NCBI GenBank assembly: GCA_951406725.2
Contig: OX597834.1
Location: 34,720,001-34,784,000, forward strand
DNA: 64,000 nucleotides
Source of the DNA: Octopus vulgaris
Lineage: Eukaryota
Direction: 5' to 3'
Both the position numbers and the translations under genes were made by a program. Shown here one piece after another: positions 13,057 to 24,894 of this stretch (position 1 is its first letter; each line of letters begins with the position of its first letter). The notes below the pieces were generated by a model. The model did not search any database. It was not told where the DNA came from and saw only the letters and a program-made list of their open reading frames with translations.

Positions 13057-13400
13057 ATCATCATCATCATCATCATCATCATTTAACGTCCGTTTTCCAT
13101 GCTAGCATGGGTTGGATGGTTCAACCGGGGATCTGGGAAGCCAGAAGGCTGCACCAGGCTCCAGTCTTATCTGGCAATGTTTCTACAGCTGGATGCCCTT
13201 CCTAATGCCAACCACTCCGTGAGTGTACTGGGTGCTTTTTATGTGCCACCTGCACAGGTGCCAGGCGAGGCTGGCAACGGCCACAGTCGGATTGGTGTAT
13301 TTTATGTGCCACCGGCACGGAAGCCAGTCGAGGTAGCGCTGACATCGGCCACGAGTCGGATAGTGCTTTTTACGTACCACCAGACCAGGGATCCTGGCTG
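13057..13400 (-). mobile_element. RTE 3'-UTR-derived repeat with (GAT)n tail
   Basis: catcatcatttaacgtccgttttccatgctagcatgggttgg...; related copies at 12440-12890, 16520-16888, 20545-20790, 40082-40292, 48557-48716 and 63370-63590. Confidence 0.88.
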
Positions 13401-13639
13401 GTTCAATTCGATTTCGATTTCGCTTGCCCCAACATGTCTTCGCAAGCAAAGGGGGTTGGCATGGGTGCACACCTATATATAATTTTTTTAAGTGTATTGT
13501 TACAGATTTTCTCTTGAATTTAGAGTCAGCACCGAAAGTTACGATATTTTGTATACGAATACATCTATGTAAACTATGCAATCAAAGATAGCAAAATAGG
13601 TGATGGGTGTATACGTGTATTTCTGGAGTTCTTGCTCCT

Positions 13640-14230
13640 TGAAGCTAGCATGTTCCACTGGATGGGTTAGGGTTAGGGTGCATGCCTGACAGAATGTAAA
13701 TGATTTAAGTGGAAAACTGGGTATAAGAAACATCAGATGTTGTGTACAAGGGGGAAGACTGCACTGGTTTGGTCTTGTGATGCATATGGATGGGGACAGC
13801 TGCATAAAGAGGTGCTGAGCTTTAATTGTGAAGGGAACCTGCGGAAAGGGGTAAACCCAGGAAGACATGGGATGAAGGGGTGAGAAAGGATCTTCAGACT
13901 CTGGGCCTGACTGAGGAAATGACAAAGGACCGGGAGGTGTGGCGATTTGCTATACATGAGAAGACACATCAAGCTAAGTAAAATCCCTATTGTCCATACG
14001 TACAGGCTTGCTGTTTATAAGTGCCGATGCCACATAAAATGCACTCGTGCTGATGCTGTGTAAACACACCTGTGCCAGTGGCATGCAAAAAGCACCCAGC
14101 ATACTCTGTAAAGTGGGTGGTGTTTGGAAGGCAACTTGCCACGACAGACAAATGGAGTCTGTGCAGCTCTCTGATTGGCCAGCACCATGTCAAACCATCT
14201 AACCCTTGCCAGCATGCAAAAACAGATACT
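13640..14230 (+). mobile_element. RTE LINE 3' end (ORF remnant plus UTR)
   Basis: Remnants of LHWFGLVMHMDGDSCIKRC and GKPRKTWDEGVRKDLQTLGL followed by the same UTR family. Confidence 0.8.
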
Positions 14231-14653
14231 AAAGATACATCGCTTAAATGGCCACTGAGTTTAGCAGTATTGGATAGACCAATTTACATATCGAACCCAT
14301 CCCTGGCAACTGGCACATGCATATCAATTGTTGGTAGGGACTCTGTATTTCATTTTGCAATTATAATATACTCTATGTCAATGTATATATTGGGGGGTTC
14401 GTAGTCTTGCAAGCTGCATAGTGACCTCACTTGTACTGGTGATATGAAAAAGCATCCAGTTCACAATGTAAAGTGGTTGCCGTTAAGAAAGGCATCCAAC
14501 TGTAGAAATCATGCTGTAGCAGACGTTTGAATGCAATGCAGTCCTTGGACTCACCAGATCCCATCAAACTGTCCTATCTGTGCCAGCATGGAACATGGAC
14601 TTTTATTGATTCCTTGATTTGATTAACCATTCTCTTCTTTTTAATACTTTCAG

Positions 14654-14814
14654 TCAGTGCTGGTCAAAACAAGCAACACGCTGCTAACATTAATGCAAAC
14701 AAACTCGACCAAGAAACTGAGGAGCTGCACATCAGTAAAGTTAGCATTGATGTGTCTCGGCTCATTCAACAATGTCGACAAAGGTGTAACATGACCCAAA
14801 AAGAACTGGCCACT
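14654..14814 (+). CDS. EDF1: EDF1 exon 3
   Basis: tttcag|TC...; FSAGQNKQHAANINANKLDQETEELHISKVSIDVSRLIQQCRQRCNMTQKELAT; donor GTAAGC. Confidence 0.97.
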
Positions 14815-14861
14815 GTAAGCTATCCATGTTTTAATTTTTCTTTCTCTTTATAGTTGCTGTT

Positions 14862-15165
14862 GTTAGTTAGTTAGTTAATTTTGGCTCAAAAAGCAAAAAG
14901 CAAGGCCATGTAGGGGGACATGGAGTTAAGTACAGGGTGGTGTTCATGTAAAGAGTTCAGGCCACTTGAGGTCAAGGGAGACTTTGAACAAAGCGGTCGT
15001 CGGCATCTTCACCATCTCGTCTGGCAGCTTGTTCCACGGATCCGCAACCCGGACGGAGAAAGCTCCTCTCCTTCGATTGAGATGAAATCGTCGCAGGTAG
15101 AGCTTTTCGGAATGACCCCACAGCCGACGCTCTGGAGCAGTTGTTGTCTAGTCCTAGCTGGTCCC
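14862..15165 (-). mobile_element. CR1-like LINE 3' end with (CTAA)n tail
   Basis: GHSEKLYLRRFHLNRRRGAFSVRVADPWNKLPDEMVKMPTTALFKVSLD matches the CR1 terminal motif (FS.RV...WN.LP). The same tail recurs on + at ~53278-53345. Confidence 0.8.
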
Positions 15166-16019
15166 TGACTAAAAACAACTCTGATAAAAAGGTTTCTACC
15201 TCTGGAGACCCTTTGTATCATTTACTACTTTACAGGGGATACTGGGTGCATTTTACTATGGTATCATGGCTATACAAGGGGTTGCTGAAAAGTTCCTGGC
15301 TTTGGGTTAAAGAAAATATGGGAGGATCTGTTAATTATGATTTTATTCAACATATTCCCCTCTCTGATTCATACACTTATTGCAGCAGTCCTTCAGTTTT
15401 TCAAGCTTTGATGGAAAATGAGATGAATAGATTATTACTATTAAGATGGTGGATCGACTGAATTGGTTGAGCATTGAATGAGATACCTTGTGGTAGTTAA
15501 GTCCTGACTTCTAATCACACTGAGGTCTATTTTGCCTTTTATCGTTCTGAATCGGTAAAATAAAATACCTGTCAGATACCAGGGTTGATTTAGTGGACCA
15601 TACTCCTCATACTCCTACTCTGAATTTCTTACCCTGAACTTATACGGATTAAATTGGATTGCCCATGTTCAGTCCATTGCAAGGTGAAGGCCTTGGCATG
15701 TCCTTTCCACCCGAGTGTGGTCTGCTGTGAAGTTGAGCTTGTGACCATGCTGGTTGGATGGAGCCTACTCTGCTGCCCTGGCTCGCACAGGGATGCAGTT
15801 TTTATACTCGTGCCCAGTAGTAGTTATGTGGATTACATTTACCCCAGTGTTTAACTGGTACCATTTTATTAACATTGAAAGGATGAAAGGCAAAGTTAGC
15901 CTTGGTGAAATTTGAACTCAGAACGTAAGGATAGGCAAAATACCGTGAAGCATTTCACCCAGTGTGCTAACAATTCTGCCAGCTCTTATTATATAAGAAA
16001 CTATTATTACAAAAGAAAA

Positions 16020-16474
16020 ATTATTATTATTGTTATTATTATTATTATTATTATTATTGAGTGAGAGAGCAGTGCATGCCATCAAAGTGACACTGGGGTA
16101 AAATATACGAAGCCCAATATACCCATCATGACTACCCGTCTGATAAGGGTACACCAGGCACATGCATCACAACCATATGTGCGCGACATGGTGATCTCAT
16201 ATCAAGATAAACAGCGCATGACCTTGCAGGTGGGGGCCCAGTTAGAATTTTCTTCAGGTTGAGTAGCCCATCCTGCTCAAAAGGTCCCTGAATAAGGGTT
16301 GTTTAAGGATGTTGAAAGAACCACCCATGTTTCCAGAGGTGAACTATTCAAACCCCAAAGAATCCCTCTCAACACATGGCTATGATGCTCCCCCACTACT
16401 TCTGCTCGTGATCAGAGATGCACATATCGTCAGCCACTAAGGGACATGCTCAACTGGTTAAGGTCAAACAACTG
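16020..16474 (-). mobile_element. Retroposon 3' end with (TAA)n tail; second copy at ~29238-29770
   Basis: About 380 bp highly similar between 16090-16474 and 29238-29620; (TTA)n run at 16020-16058. Confidence 0.75.
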
Positions 16475-16519
16475 TATTATTATTATTATTATTATTATTG
16501 TGTTGAATTGAAATTGATC

Positions 16520-16888
16520 AATGGAAATTGCAGATGTGTTACCAGTGCCGGTGGCATGTAAGAGAACCTTCCGTTTCGCGACCGTTGCCAGCACCGCCCC
16601 GTTTCGTGTCCGTTGCCAGCCTCGCCTGGCCCTCGTGCCGGTGGCACATAAAAAGCACCATCCGTTCGTGGCCATTTGCCAGCTCTGTCTGGCACCTGTG
16701 CGGGTGGCACGTAAAAAGCACCCACTACACTCTCGGAGTGGTTGGCGTTAGGAAGGGCATCCAGCCGTAGAAACACTGCCAGATTTGACTGGGCCTGATG
16801 AAGCCTTCTGGCTTCACAGACTCCAGTAGAACCGTCCAACCCATGCTAGCATGGAAAACGGACGCTAAACGATGATGATGATGATGAT
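16520..16888 (+). mobile_element. RTE 3'-UTR-derived repeat, young copy
   Basis: CpG-rich, three GGCAC(G/A)TAAAAAGCACC-type units, ends in (GAT)n. Confidence 0.88.
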
Positions 16889-16957
16889 TAAACAACTTTT
16901 TCCTGCTTCAAAAGTATTTCTCATTCTTCAACTTTGAATGTTTTTTATTTTTTTTAG

Positions 16958-17051
16958 AAAATAAACGAAAAACAGCAAGTGATTAATGAATATGAATCTG
17001 GAAAAGCAGTGCCAAACCAGCAAATTCTTGGTAAATTGGAACGAGCTTTGG
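16958..17051 (+). CDS. EDF1: EDF1 exon 4 (helix-turn-helix)
   Basis: [31 protein letters not shown]; canonical AG/GTAAGT. Confidence 0.97.
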
Positions 17052-18101
17052 GTAAGTAATTCTTTAAAAATATCTTTCAATTGTTTCAGTCATTGGGCTG
17101 CAGCCATGCTGGGGCACTGCCCTCAAAGGTTTTATTAGTTGAACAAATCACTTTCAGTACTAAGTTGGGTTTTTTTTTTTTTCCTGAGTCTGGTCCTTCT
17201 ATTGGTCTCCTTTGACAACCGGCAAGTTACAGGGATGTAAACAAACCAACACCGGTTGTCAAGTACTGGGGGTGGAGCAAATGCAATCACACGCACAACA
17301 GGCTTCCTCACAATTTCCTTCTACCAAATTAACTCACAAGACATTCGTTGGCCCAGGGATATGGTAGAAGACACTTGCCGAAAGTGTCATGAAGTTGGAT
17401 TGAACCCCAAACCATGTTAGCACGCCAGACGAAATGCTTACCGGTATTTCGTCAGCCATTACGTTCTGAGTTCAAATTCTGCCGAGGTTGACTTTGCCTT
17501 TAGTAAAGGAATCATCATCATCATCATCGTTTAACGTCCGTTTTCCACGCTAGCACTGGTTGGACGGAATAAGATGCTTTATTTCACATTGTTTTAGTCC
17601 ACCCAACTGGCAAAAATAAGTTGTATCTGTAATAATCAAAAGGCCAGCCTTGTTATATTCAGTGTCACACTGAATCTCCCTGAGAACTATATTAAGGGCA
17701 CACATGTCTGTGGAGTGCTCAGCCACTTGCACGTTAATTTCGTGAGCATGTTGTTCTGTTGATCAGATCAACTGGAACCCTCGTCGTCTTACTTGACAGA
17801 GTTCCAGAAGGAAAAGAGGATTTGTATATGACAGCCTTCTTTCAGTTTCCATTTACCAAATCCACTCTCAAGACTTTGGTCAACTTGGGGCTATGGCAGA
17901 AGACTCTTGCCCAAGATGTCATACAAGTGGGACTGAACCTGAAACCAAATGGTTGGGAAGCAAGCTTCTTACCACACGGCCATGCCTGCATCTAATGATT
18001 TAGAATTATTAATATAAGTGATTTCAATGTTTGAATTTTTCTTTTTTGTGTGTGTTTTTCCCAAAATATTTATATAACAAGTTATTTTCAATATTTTACA
18101 G

Positions 18102-18151
18102 GCACAAAATTGCGTGGCAAAGACAAGGGCAAACCATTTACCAAAAAGTAG
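18102..18151 (+). CDS. EDF1: EDF1 exon 5 with stop
   Basis: ttttacag|GC ACA AAA...; GTKLRGKDKGKPFTKK* (TAG 18149-18151). Total CDS 432 nt; AATAAA signals near 18580-18600. Confidence 0.95.
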
Positions 18152-19018
18152 CAGCAGTTCCCCTCTTGTACACCTGCCATCACTGTTGATGTTTTTTTTT
18201 ATTTTAAACTAAGTGGTGTATTTTTTTTTGAAATCTTCTTCAAGATTAAGTCAGATTGTTGCATTTATTCCTTGTGGCAATACTCTCTCTTTTTTTTTTT
18301 AAGTAAAAAAAAAAAAAAGGCCAAGTTATGTTTGTGATTACAGTCTGAAATATCTATTGCTTGGATAAAAAAATAATAGCAGCTAAAAACTAATTCCTTC
18401 ACTTTGCAATGATCTCTTTTTTTTTTCCCACTTGGCGTGATTGGACATTTACCAATATTTTTTTTTTTTTCGCTGCTCTAATTAAACACAGCTAGAAATT
18501 TTTGACAAAAAAAAAATTTTAATGCTAATTATAATAATAAAAGAAAAACAGAAATGTAAATGAACTTTTAAGGAAAAAATAAATACTTTTTTAAAAATAA
18601 ATTTATTACAAATTTATTCATTTTTCCAAATGTTTTAATTTTTCTCACTTGTTAACTGTTGAGACACGACATCCTTCAAAACTTCCATGCCTCCCGAAAT
18701 TTGCCAACAGTACATCTGATGCCCACCTTCTACTTTTTTTTCTTCCTTCTTTTTTTTCTTTTAAGATTTTTTCACTGTTCACTTCCTGTGCATATTCTAT
18801 GTATTGTTCATGCAATTTTGGTTACATTTTTTGATGAGTTCTAGTGCACCTATGCATTGTATACAATAAGTTCGTTATTATTATTACCATTTATGCCTTC
18901 CTTTCATTATAACTTTATTTCAGCTGCCTTAGTACCAGGCATCCTCCAGAGGCCAAGAGTAGCAAGGGTACTTTTGTTTTGCTATGCATGCTAAAATTAT
19001 CACCATATTTATTCCATT

Positions 19019-19572
19019 TTAGTTGGAGAGTGCGTTCTGTAGTATATGGGCTGCACCTATCAAGCTTATCTTTTGTAGTTCACGGAGATTGGAGTTACCA
19101 GGAAGTTGCATAATATTGTATCCTCGAGCAAGAGGCTTTATTTCACGTTGCTTCAGTCCACCTGACTGGCAAATATAAGTTGTATCTGTAATAATCAAAA
19201 GGCCAGCCTTGTTACATTCTGTGTCACACTGAATCTCCCTGAGAACTACATTAAGGGTACACATGTCTGTGGAGTGCTTCTTTATCATTCCCAATGCACC
19301 AATTGCTACTGGTATTATTGTAGTATTAAGCTTCCACATTTTTGTGATTTCAATTTGTAGATCTTTATAGTGAGAAAGCTTTTCATATTCCTTCCTTGAG
19401 ACATTTTGATCTTGTGGGACAGACATATCTATTAACAGACAAGTTCCTCTGTTGTAGTCCTTGATCACAATGTCTTTTCAATTGGAGTCAATTTTTCTGT
19501 CTGTCTGTAGTGGGAAGTTCCAAAGGATGGTGACGCCCTCACCATTTACTGCATCCTCTGGATGGTGTCTGT
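19019..19572 (-). mobile_element. R4/Dong-like non-LTR element, restriction-like endonuclease domain, with nested SINE fragment (~19125-19278)
   Basis: ILWNFPLQTDRKI...DIVIKD...CLLIDMSVPQDQNVSRKEYEKLSHYKDLQIEITKMWK...PVAIGALG...LQKISLIGAAHIL matches the REL-domain pattern. Confidence 0.8.
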
Positions 19573-21206
19573 ACATTATTACATTATTATTATTATTATT
19601 ATTATAGTGAAGATTTTTTGGTAAGATTGAAAAAATTGTTTTATATATAAATCTCTTTTTCCAGCTAGATTGTTGTGCTCTTTCCTGCATAAGATTGGTC
19701 TGGAACCCAGACAACTGAAGAAAGTCACCAAGGATATATGTATGGCAGCTTAAGGTGGTGGAGTTGACAAGAGACTGCATGTGGAACCCTTCCACAGGCA
19801 AAAACTAACTCCATTCTTGTTGCGCCACTACAAGCTAAGGAGCAAAACACCTGTGACCCTGAGATACCTGCTGATGATACAGAAGGGCATCTGACATTGA
19901 AATGGATTCAAAAGAAGAGCTTGCTAGGCTTCTGGCTAGCTCCTGCAGTATTTATGTGGGGCAAAGTATCTGATGTTTATTTCACCTGACTGTCAAAGCA
20001 TGTGGTGTAGTGAGTTAAATGTTGAGAGCACAATTATCAGGTTATAGGTTCAATTCTCAGACCTGGAGATGTGTGGTGTTGTTCAGCAAGGCACTTCATT
20101 TCACATTGCTTCACTCCATCATAGTCATCATCATCATCACCATTGTTTTAAAGGTGGCAAGCTGGCTGAACTATTAGCATGCCTGACAAAATGCTTAGTG
20201 GAACTTCGTCTGTCTTTATGTTCTGAGCTCAAATTCCACTGAAGTCGACTTTACCTTTCAATTCTTTCGAGTTGATAAAATAAATACTAGTTAGGTACAG
20301 GAGTTAATGTATTTGACTTTCCCATCCTCTCAAAAGAACTGCTGGTCCTATGCCAAATTTGAAATCATTATCATCATTGTTTTAACTTTCACTTTTTCAT
20401 GTCTGCATGGGTCGGACGGAATTTGTTGAGGTAGATTTTCTACAACTGGATGTTCTTCCTGTCACCAGTATTCACCTATTTCCAAGCAAGATAATATTTC
20501 TTCATGGTTAGACATGTTTTTTATGGTACACTGAAAATGAGTGACATCATCATCATCATTTAATGTCTGTTTTCCATGCTAGCATGGGTTGGATGGTTCG
20601 ACCGAGGTCTGGGAAGCCAGGAGGTTGCTCTAGGCTCCAGTCTGATCTGGCAGTGTTTCTACAGCTGGATGCCCTTCCTAACGCCAACCACTGTGAGTGT
20701 AGTGGGTGCTTTTTACGTACCACCGGCACAGGGGCCAGAGGAGGCTGGCAATGGCCACAATTGGTTGGTGCTTTTTACGTGCCACTGGCACGAGTATCAC
20801 AACTACAATTTCCATTTGATTTCTATCATATAATATCCAGACAGATACGCACACACAACTAGGTTTTTTCAGTTTTCATCTACCAAATTTATTGAAGAGG
20901 CTTTGGTAGGCCTTGGGGCTATAGTAGAAGACTATGCACCATATAATGTGTCTGAACCTGAAACCATATGGTAGGTTAGCAAGTAAGCTTTTTAACCACA
21001 CAGTCCTACCTGCACCTATCACAGTTGAAAATGTATACTAGCAATAGTTGGGGCAACAGATGGGCATCTTGCACAGAGGAAAGTCTTGTATTCACAGCAC
21101 TTACTGAAACCGGGGTAAGCTCTGGCATAATGAAGTTATAGGGTCCAAAACTTTCTTAAAAATGTAAAAATGTATTTTGAATAAATGATACAAAAAAAAA
21201 AGTCTA

Positions 21207-21634
21207 TTAACCCTTTAGCATTTAACCTTTTTGTTACTGTATTTCTTTTGAGATGCTCTGTTTTTCTTTCAATTAATTTTAGATATAACAAAGAATTTAG
21301 TAAAATAACTTCGTTATCATTAAGCTAATGTTAGGAACATAAATTGAGACTAAGGTTTGGTGGAAGATTTTAATTCAAAACTTATGAAAACAAGACATTT
21401 GTACTAAAGAGCTAGAGCCAGTTTCAGCCGGGTTGGTAACGAAAGGGTTAAACCAGCCATATCTGGCCAAAATTTTCCATTTGTTTTATGTTCAAACTAA
21501 CCAGATCCCGGCTCTCACACCTACCCTACAATGTTATTCCACATTAAACAATCACATCATTGAAATCTCAAGGATAAAACAATGTGAATCAATAAGCATT
21601 GTTTGATAGAGTAACCTGAACAGTGAAGGGTTAG
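21207..21634. mobile_element. Nested piggyBac-like MITEs (inner element 21222-21451)
   Basis: TTAA-CCCTTT...AAGGG-TTA(G) outer termini; inner TTAA-CCTTTTTGTTAC...GTAACGAAAGGG-TTAA. The inner family recurs at 48488-48880. Confidence 0.75.
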
Positions 21635-22499
21635 AAATAATTTCTAAAATAATTATGCAAACTGTTGGCCAACACCAATGCCATCACCACTACTACTACT
21701 ACTTCCACCACCAGTGTCACTGCTACCACTAACACCACCACTACTATTACTGCTATAAGCCAATGTCAAAAACTCTGAAGAGTATTTAAATGCCTAGAAG
21801 TAGCAACCAGAACTCCCTCAAATCACTATTGCTTTTTTAAAAAATGGATACCTTGGATATTATAGACAGACTATCTGGAAAAGAAATGTCGGTATGCTTG
21901 GTCAGTGCTGACCAGGTGTAAAAAACAACTAAAACTCACACAAGCTTACGAAGGGAGTATGCTAGAAGTAGCAGTAAAATTTCCTTCAAACTACACTTAA
22001 CCATTTTAAAAGTGGAAGGTCACACTGATTATTGTCTGAAAATATGCTGGGATGGTCATGGTTGAATTGCTTTGACCTCAAATCTGCTTTATCAGAGCTG
22101 ACCTTGGATTAAACAACAACAATAGCCACCATATTTTTATCTTTTATCTTTTACTTGTTTCGGTCATTAGACTCTGGCCATGCTGGGACACCACTGATCC
22201 CAGTACTTTTTTTTCCCTTTTCTTAAGTTCTTGGTACTTATTCTATCAGTCTCTTTTACTGAACTGCAAAGTTACAGGAACATAAACACACCAACACTGA
22301 TTGTCAAGCAGTGGCGGGGGAATCAATGACACACACACATATATATACGACAGGCTTCTTTCAGTTTCGATCTACCAAATCCAGTCCTACTGTGTGGTAC
22401 CTTGGGCAAGTGTCTTCTGCTATAGACTCGGGCCAACCAAAGCCTTGTAAGTGGATTTAATAGACAGAAACTGAAAGAATCCTGTTGTATATATACATA

Positions 22500-22880
22500 G
22501 GCGCAGGAGTGGCTGTGTGGTAAGTAGCTTGCTAACCAACCACATGGTTCCGGGTTCAGTCCCACTGCGTAGCATCTTGGGCAAGTGTCTTCTGCTATAG
22601 CCCCGGGCCGACCAATGCTTTGTGAGTGGATTTGGTAGACAGAAACTGAAAGAAGCCTGTCGTATATATGTATATATATATATGTGTGTTTGTGTTTGTC
22701 CCCCTAGCATTGCTTGACAACCGATGCTGGTGTGTTTACGTCCCTGTCACTTAGCGGTTCGGCAAAAGAGACCGATAGAATAAGTACTGGGCTTACAAAG
22801 AATAAGTCCCGGGGGCGATTTGCTCGACTAAAGGCGGTGCTCCAGCATGGCCGCAGTCAAATGATTGAAACAAGTAAAAG
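22500..22880 (+). mobile_element. tRNA-derived SINE family A, full-length young copy
   Basis: Head GGCGCAGGAGTGGCTGTGTGGTAAG...GGGTTCAGTCCC (A/B boxes), body, and tail ...GAAACAAGTAAAAGAG. Confidence 0.92.
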
Positions 22881-23689
22881 AGAGAGAGAGAGTATACGTG
22901 TGTCTTTGTTGTCTTCCATCACCACTTGACTACTGGTATTTTTATGTCCTCATAACTTCACGGTTCAGCAAGAGAATGATGGAATAAGTTCCAGACGTGA
23001 ATAAAAATAAGTACTGAGGTTGATTCGTCAGATTAAAATTCTTCAAGGCAGTGCCCCAACATGGCCACAGTCTAATAATGAAACGGGTAAAAGATAAAAG
23101 CTATGTGTGTCTTTTTGTCTTACCATCAATTTTAGGCAGTGCCCTCTTGGAACTTTCGACCTCCCCCAGGGAGGCAATACCGCCCACTTTGGGAGCCACT
23201 GCTTCAGATGTATGTATTGTAAGAAACGGATAGGTTTCTTTAGCATTTTACTTTATTCAACATACACAAGTTAATGTGGGAAAAAAACAAAATAGGAATT
23301 TTGGAAACTAGCTTTTAAACATCAACTGGCTATGGGGGTCCACCTGAATAAAATTGTAATCAAAGGCAGGGGTCCATAGATAAAAATGGTTGAGAACCCC
23401 TGCTCTAAGTTATAAAAACTAGCTGTCTTAAAGAAACCGCTAGGGAATAGGACCAGACCACACTCTTGTAGGGAAAGGAAAGAAGGAAGTCCTGCATACA
23501 TTACATTTAAAAGACGGGATGGTTATTGTTAGAACGTCTTAGTTCATTGAATTGCTCGGTTACAGTTGACCTAGGGTTAAAGAACACCAACAATGAAATA
23601 ATGATTAAATAAATAAATAAAACGAGCCAAGTGAAGGGAAATAACTGCTGTCTGACTGTTAGCCCAGCCATTGTGGCCCGTCGAGGCGA

Positions 23690-23807
23690 AGAAAACTTGT
23701 GAAGTGGACGATTTTAAACTGACAAATCATTTGTAGTTCGTTCACAATGGAGGGCAAACTTAGATGAAATACATCGTTAAAATTTCATCTGTTGCGATCA
23801 CAAATTT
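23690..23807 (+). other. BBS10: Putative non-coding first exon of BBS10 (start approximate)
   Basis: CpG-rich zone 23600-24100; donor TTT|GTAAGT at 23808; acceptor tttttcag| at 24833, upstream of the BBS10 ATG. Confidence 0.55.
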
Positions 23808-24894
23808 GTAAGTTTTCAATATAATTTTTAACGAGTCCAATGCTAAATTTCTGTTTAAGTTGTTACGTCGTCAATGACAACAAAGCCCTTCCTTCACGTG
23901 TCAGCCCGGAAGTCTTTACGCTGTCGCTCGACCCTTTAAAAATAGACGTTAAATCCCCTCAGATCACATTCGTTATCGTCTTGAAACAGGATGGAAACTT
24001 TCGGCAGTTTAATCTCAGATCGATATTTCTTGACCATTTTTCTGCATTGATCCCTTCACCACTTCACCGTTTCAATTTCCCCTACCGCCGTAGAAGAAAA
24101 AATGTCTTGTATACGACTCAAATTATTTTTGTATCTTTTAATCTCTCATTTGCTTCAGTGTTTGGATTGCGGCCATGCTGGAACATCGCAAATTGACCCC
24201 ACTACTTATTTTCAAACTGTGGTATTTCTTCTATCGTTTTCTTTTGCCCAACTGCAAAGTTCCAGGGACGTAAACAAACCGGCAACGGTTGTTAAGCTGT
24301 TGGGGCTTAACACGGATCTTGTCCATTTCGTGGCCAGCAACACACACACACATCTATATGAGTATTTGTGTTTATTCCCCAAACTGTTCAACAGCCGGTG
24401 TTGGTTTGTGTACATCCATATAGCACAGCAGTTCAGCAAAAACAAAAAAAAAAAACGATAGAATAAGTAGTGATCTTAAAAGCATAGGTACTGGGGTCAA
24501 TTTGTTTGACTAAACCCCTTATACATACATACATTGTACGTATGTATGTATTTTCACACATATCTGTTCTATTCATACGTGTGTGTCAAAATAACATCTC
24601 TTGTTATCTCTTCCTTCCTCTTTTTTCTGTCCCTTTCATTTCTTCCCTCTGAGAGTCTCCTTTGCTCTAATTTCCATTGTTACAGACTACCCCTTATGCA
24701 AATAGATGAAGATTAATTAAGACTGAATTACTGAGACAAAGAGTAAAATGTAATCGATATAGATTACATATTTGTTCAGTTGTCAATGATTTTCTTAAAA
24801 ATAACTAAAATCTATATTTCTGTCGTTTTTCAGATGGTTGTTACAGTCCCTGGGTAAAACAACTCAAGAATTCATAACTGTGAAATATTAACAA

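Noticed and set aside
14651-14657. Tandem acceptor CAGTCAG at EDF1 exon 3
   Set aside because: The distal AG would shift the frame by 4 nt; only the proximal AG restores the conserved protein.
22500-22570. tRNA-like A/B-box sequences at many positions
   Set aside because: They are SINE heads followed by SINE bodies; no complete cloverleaf or terminator.
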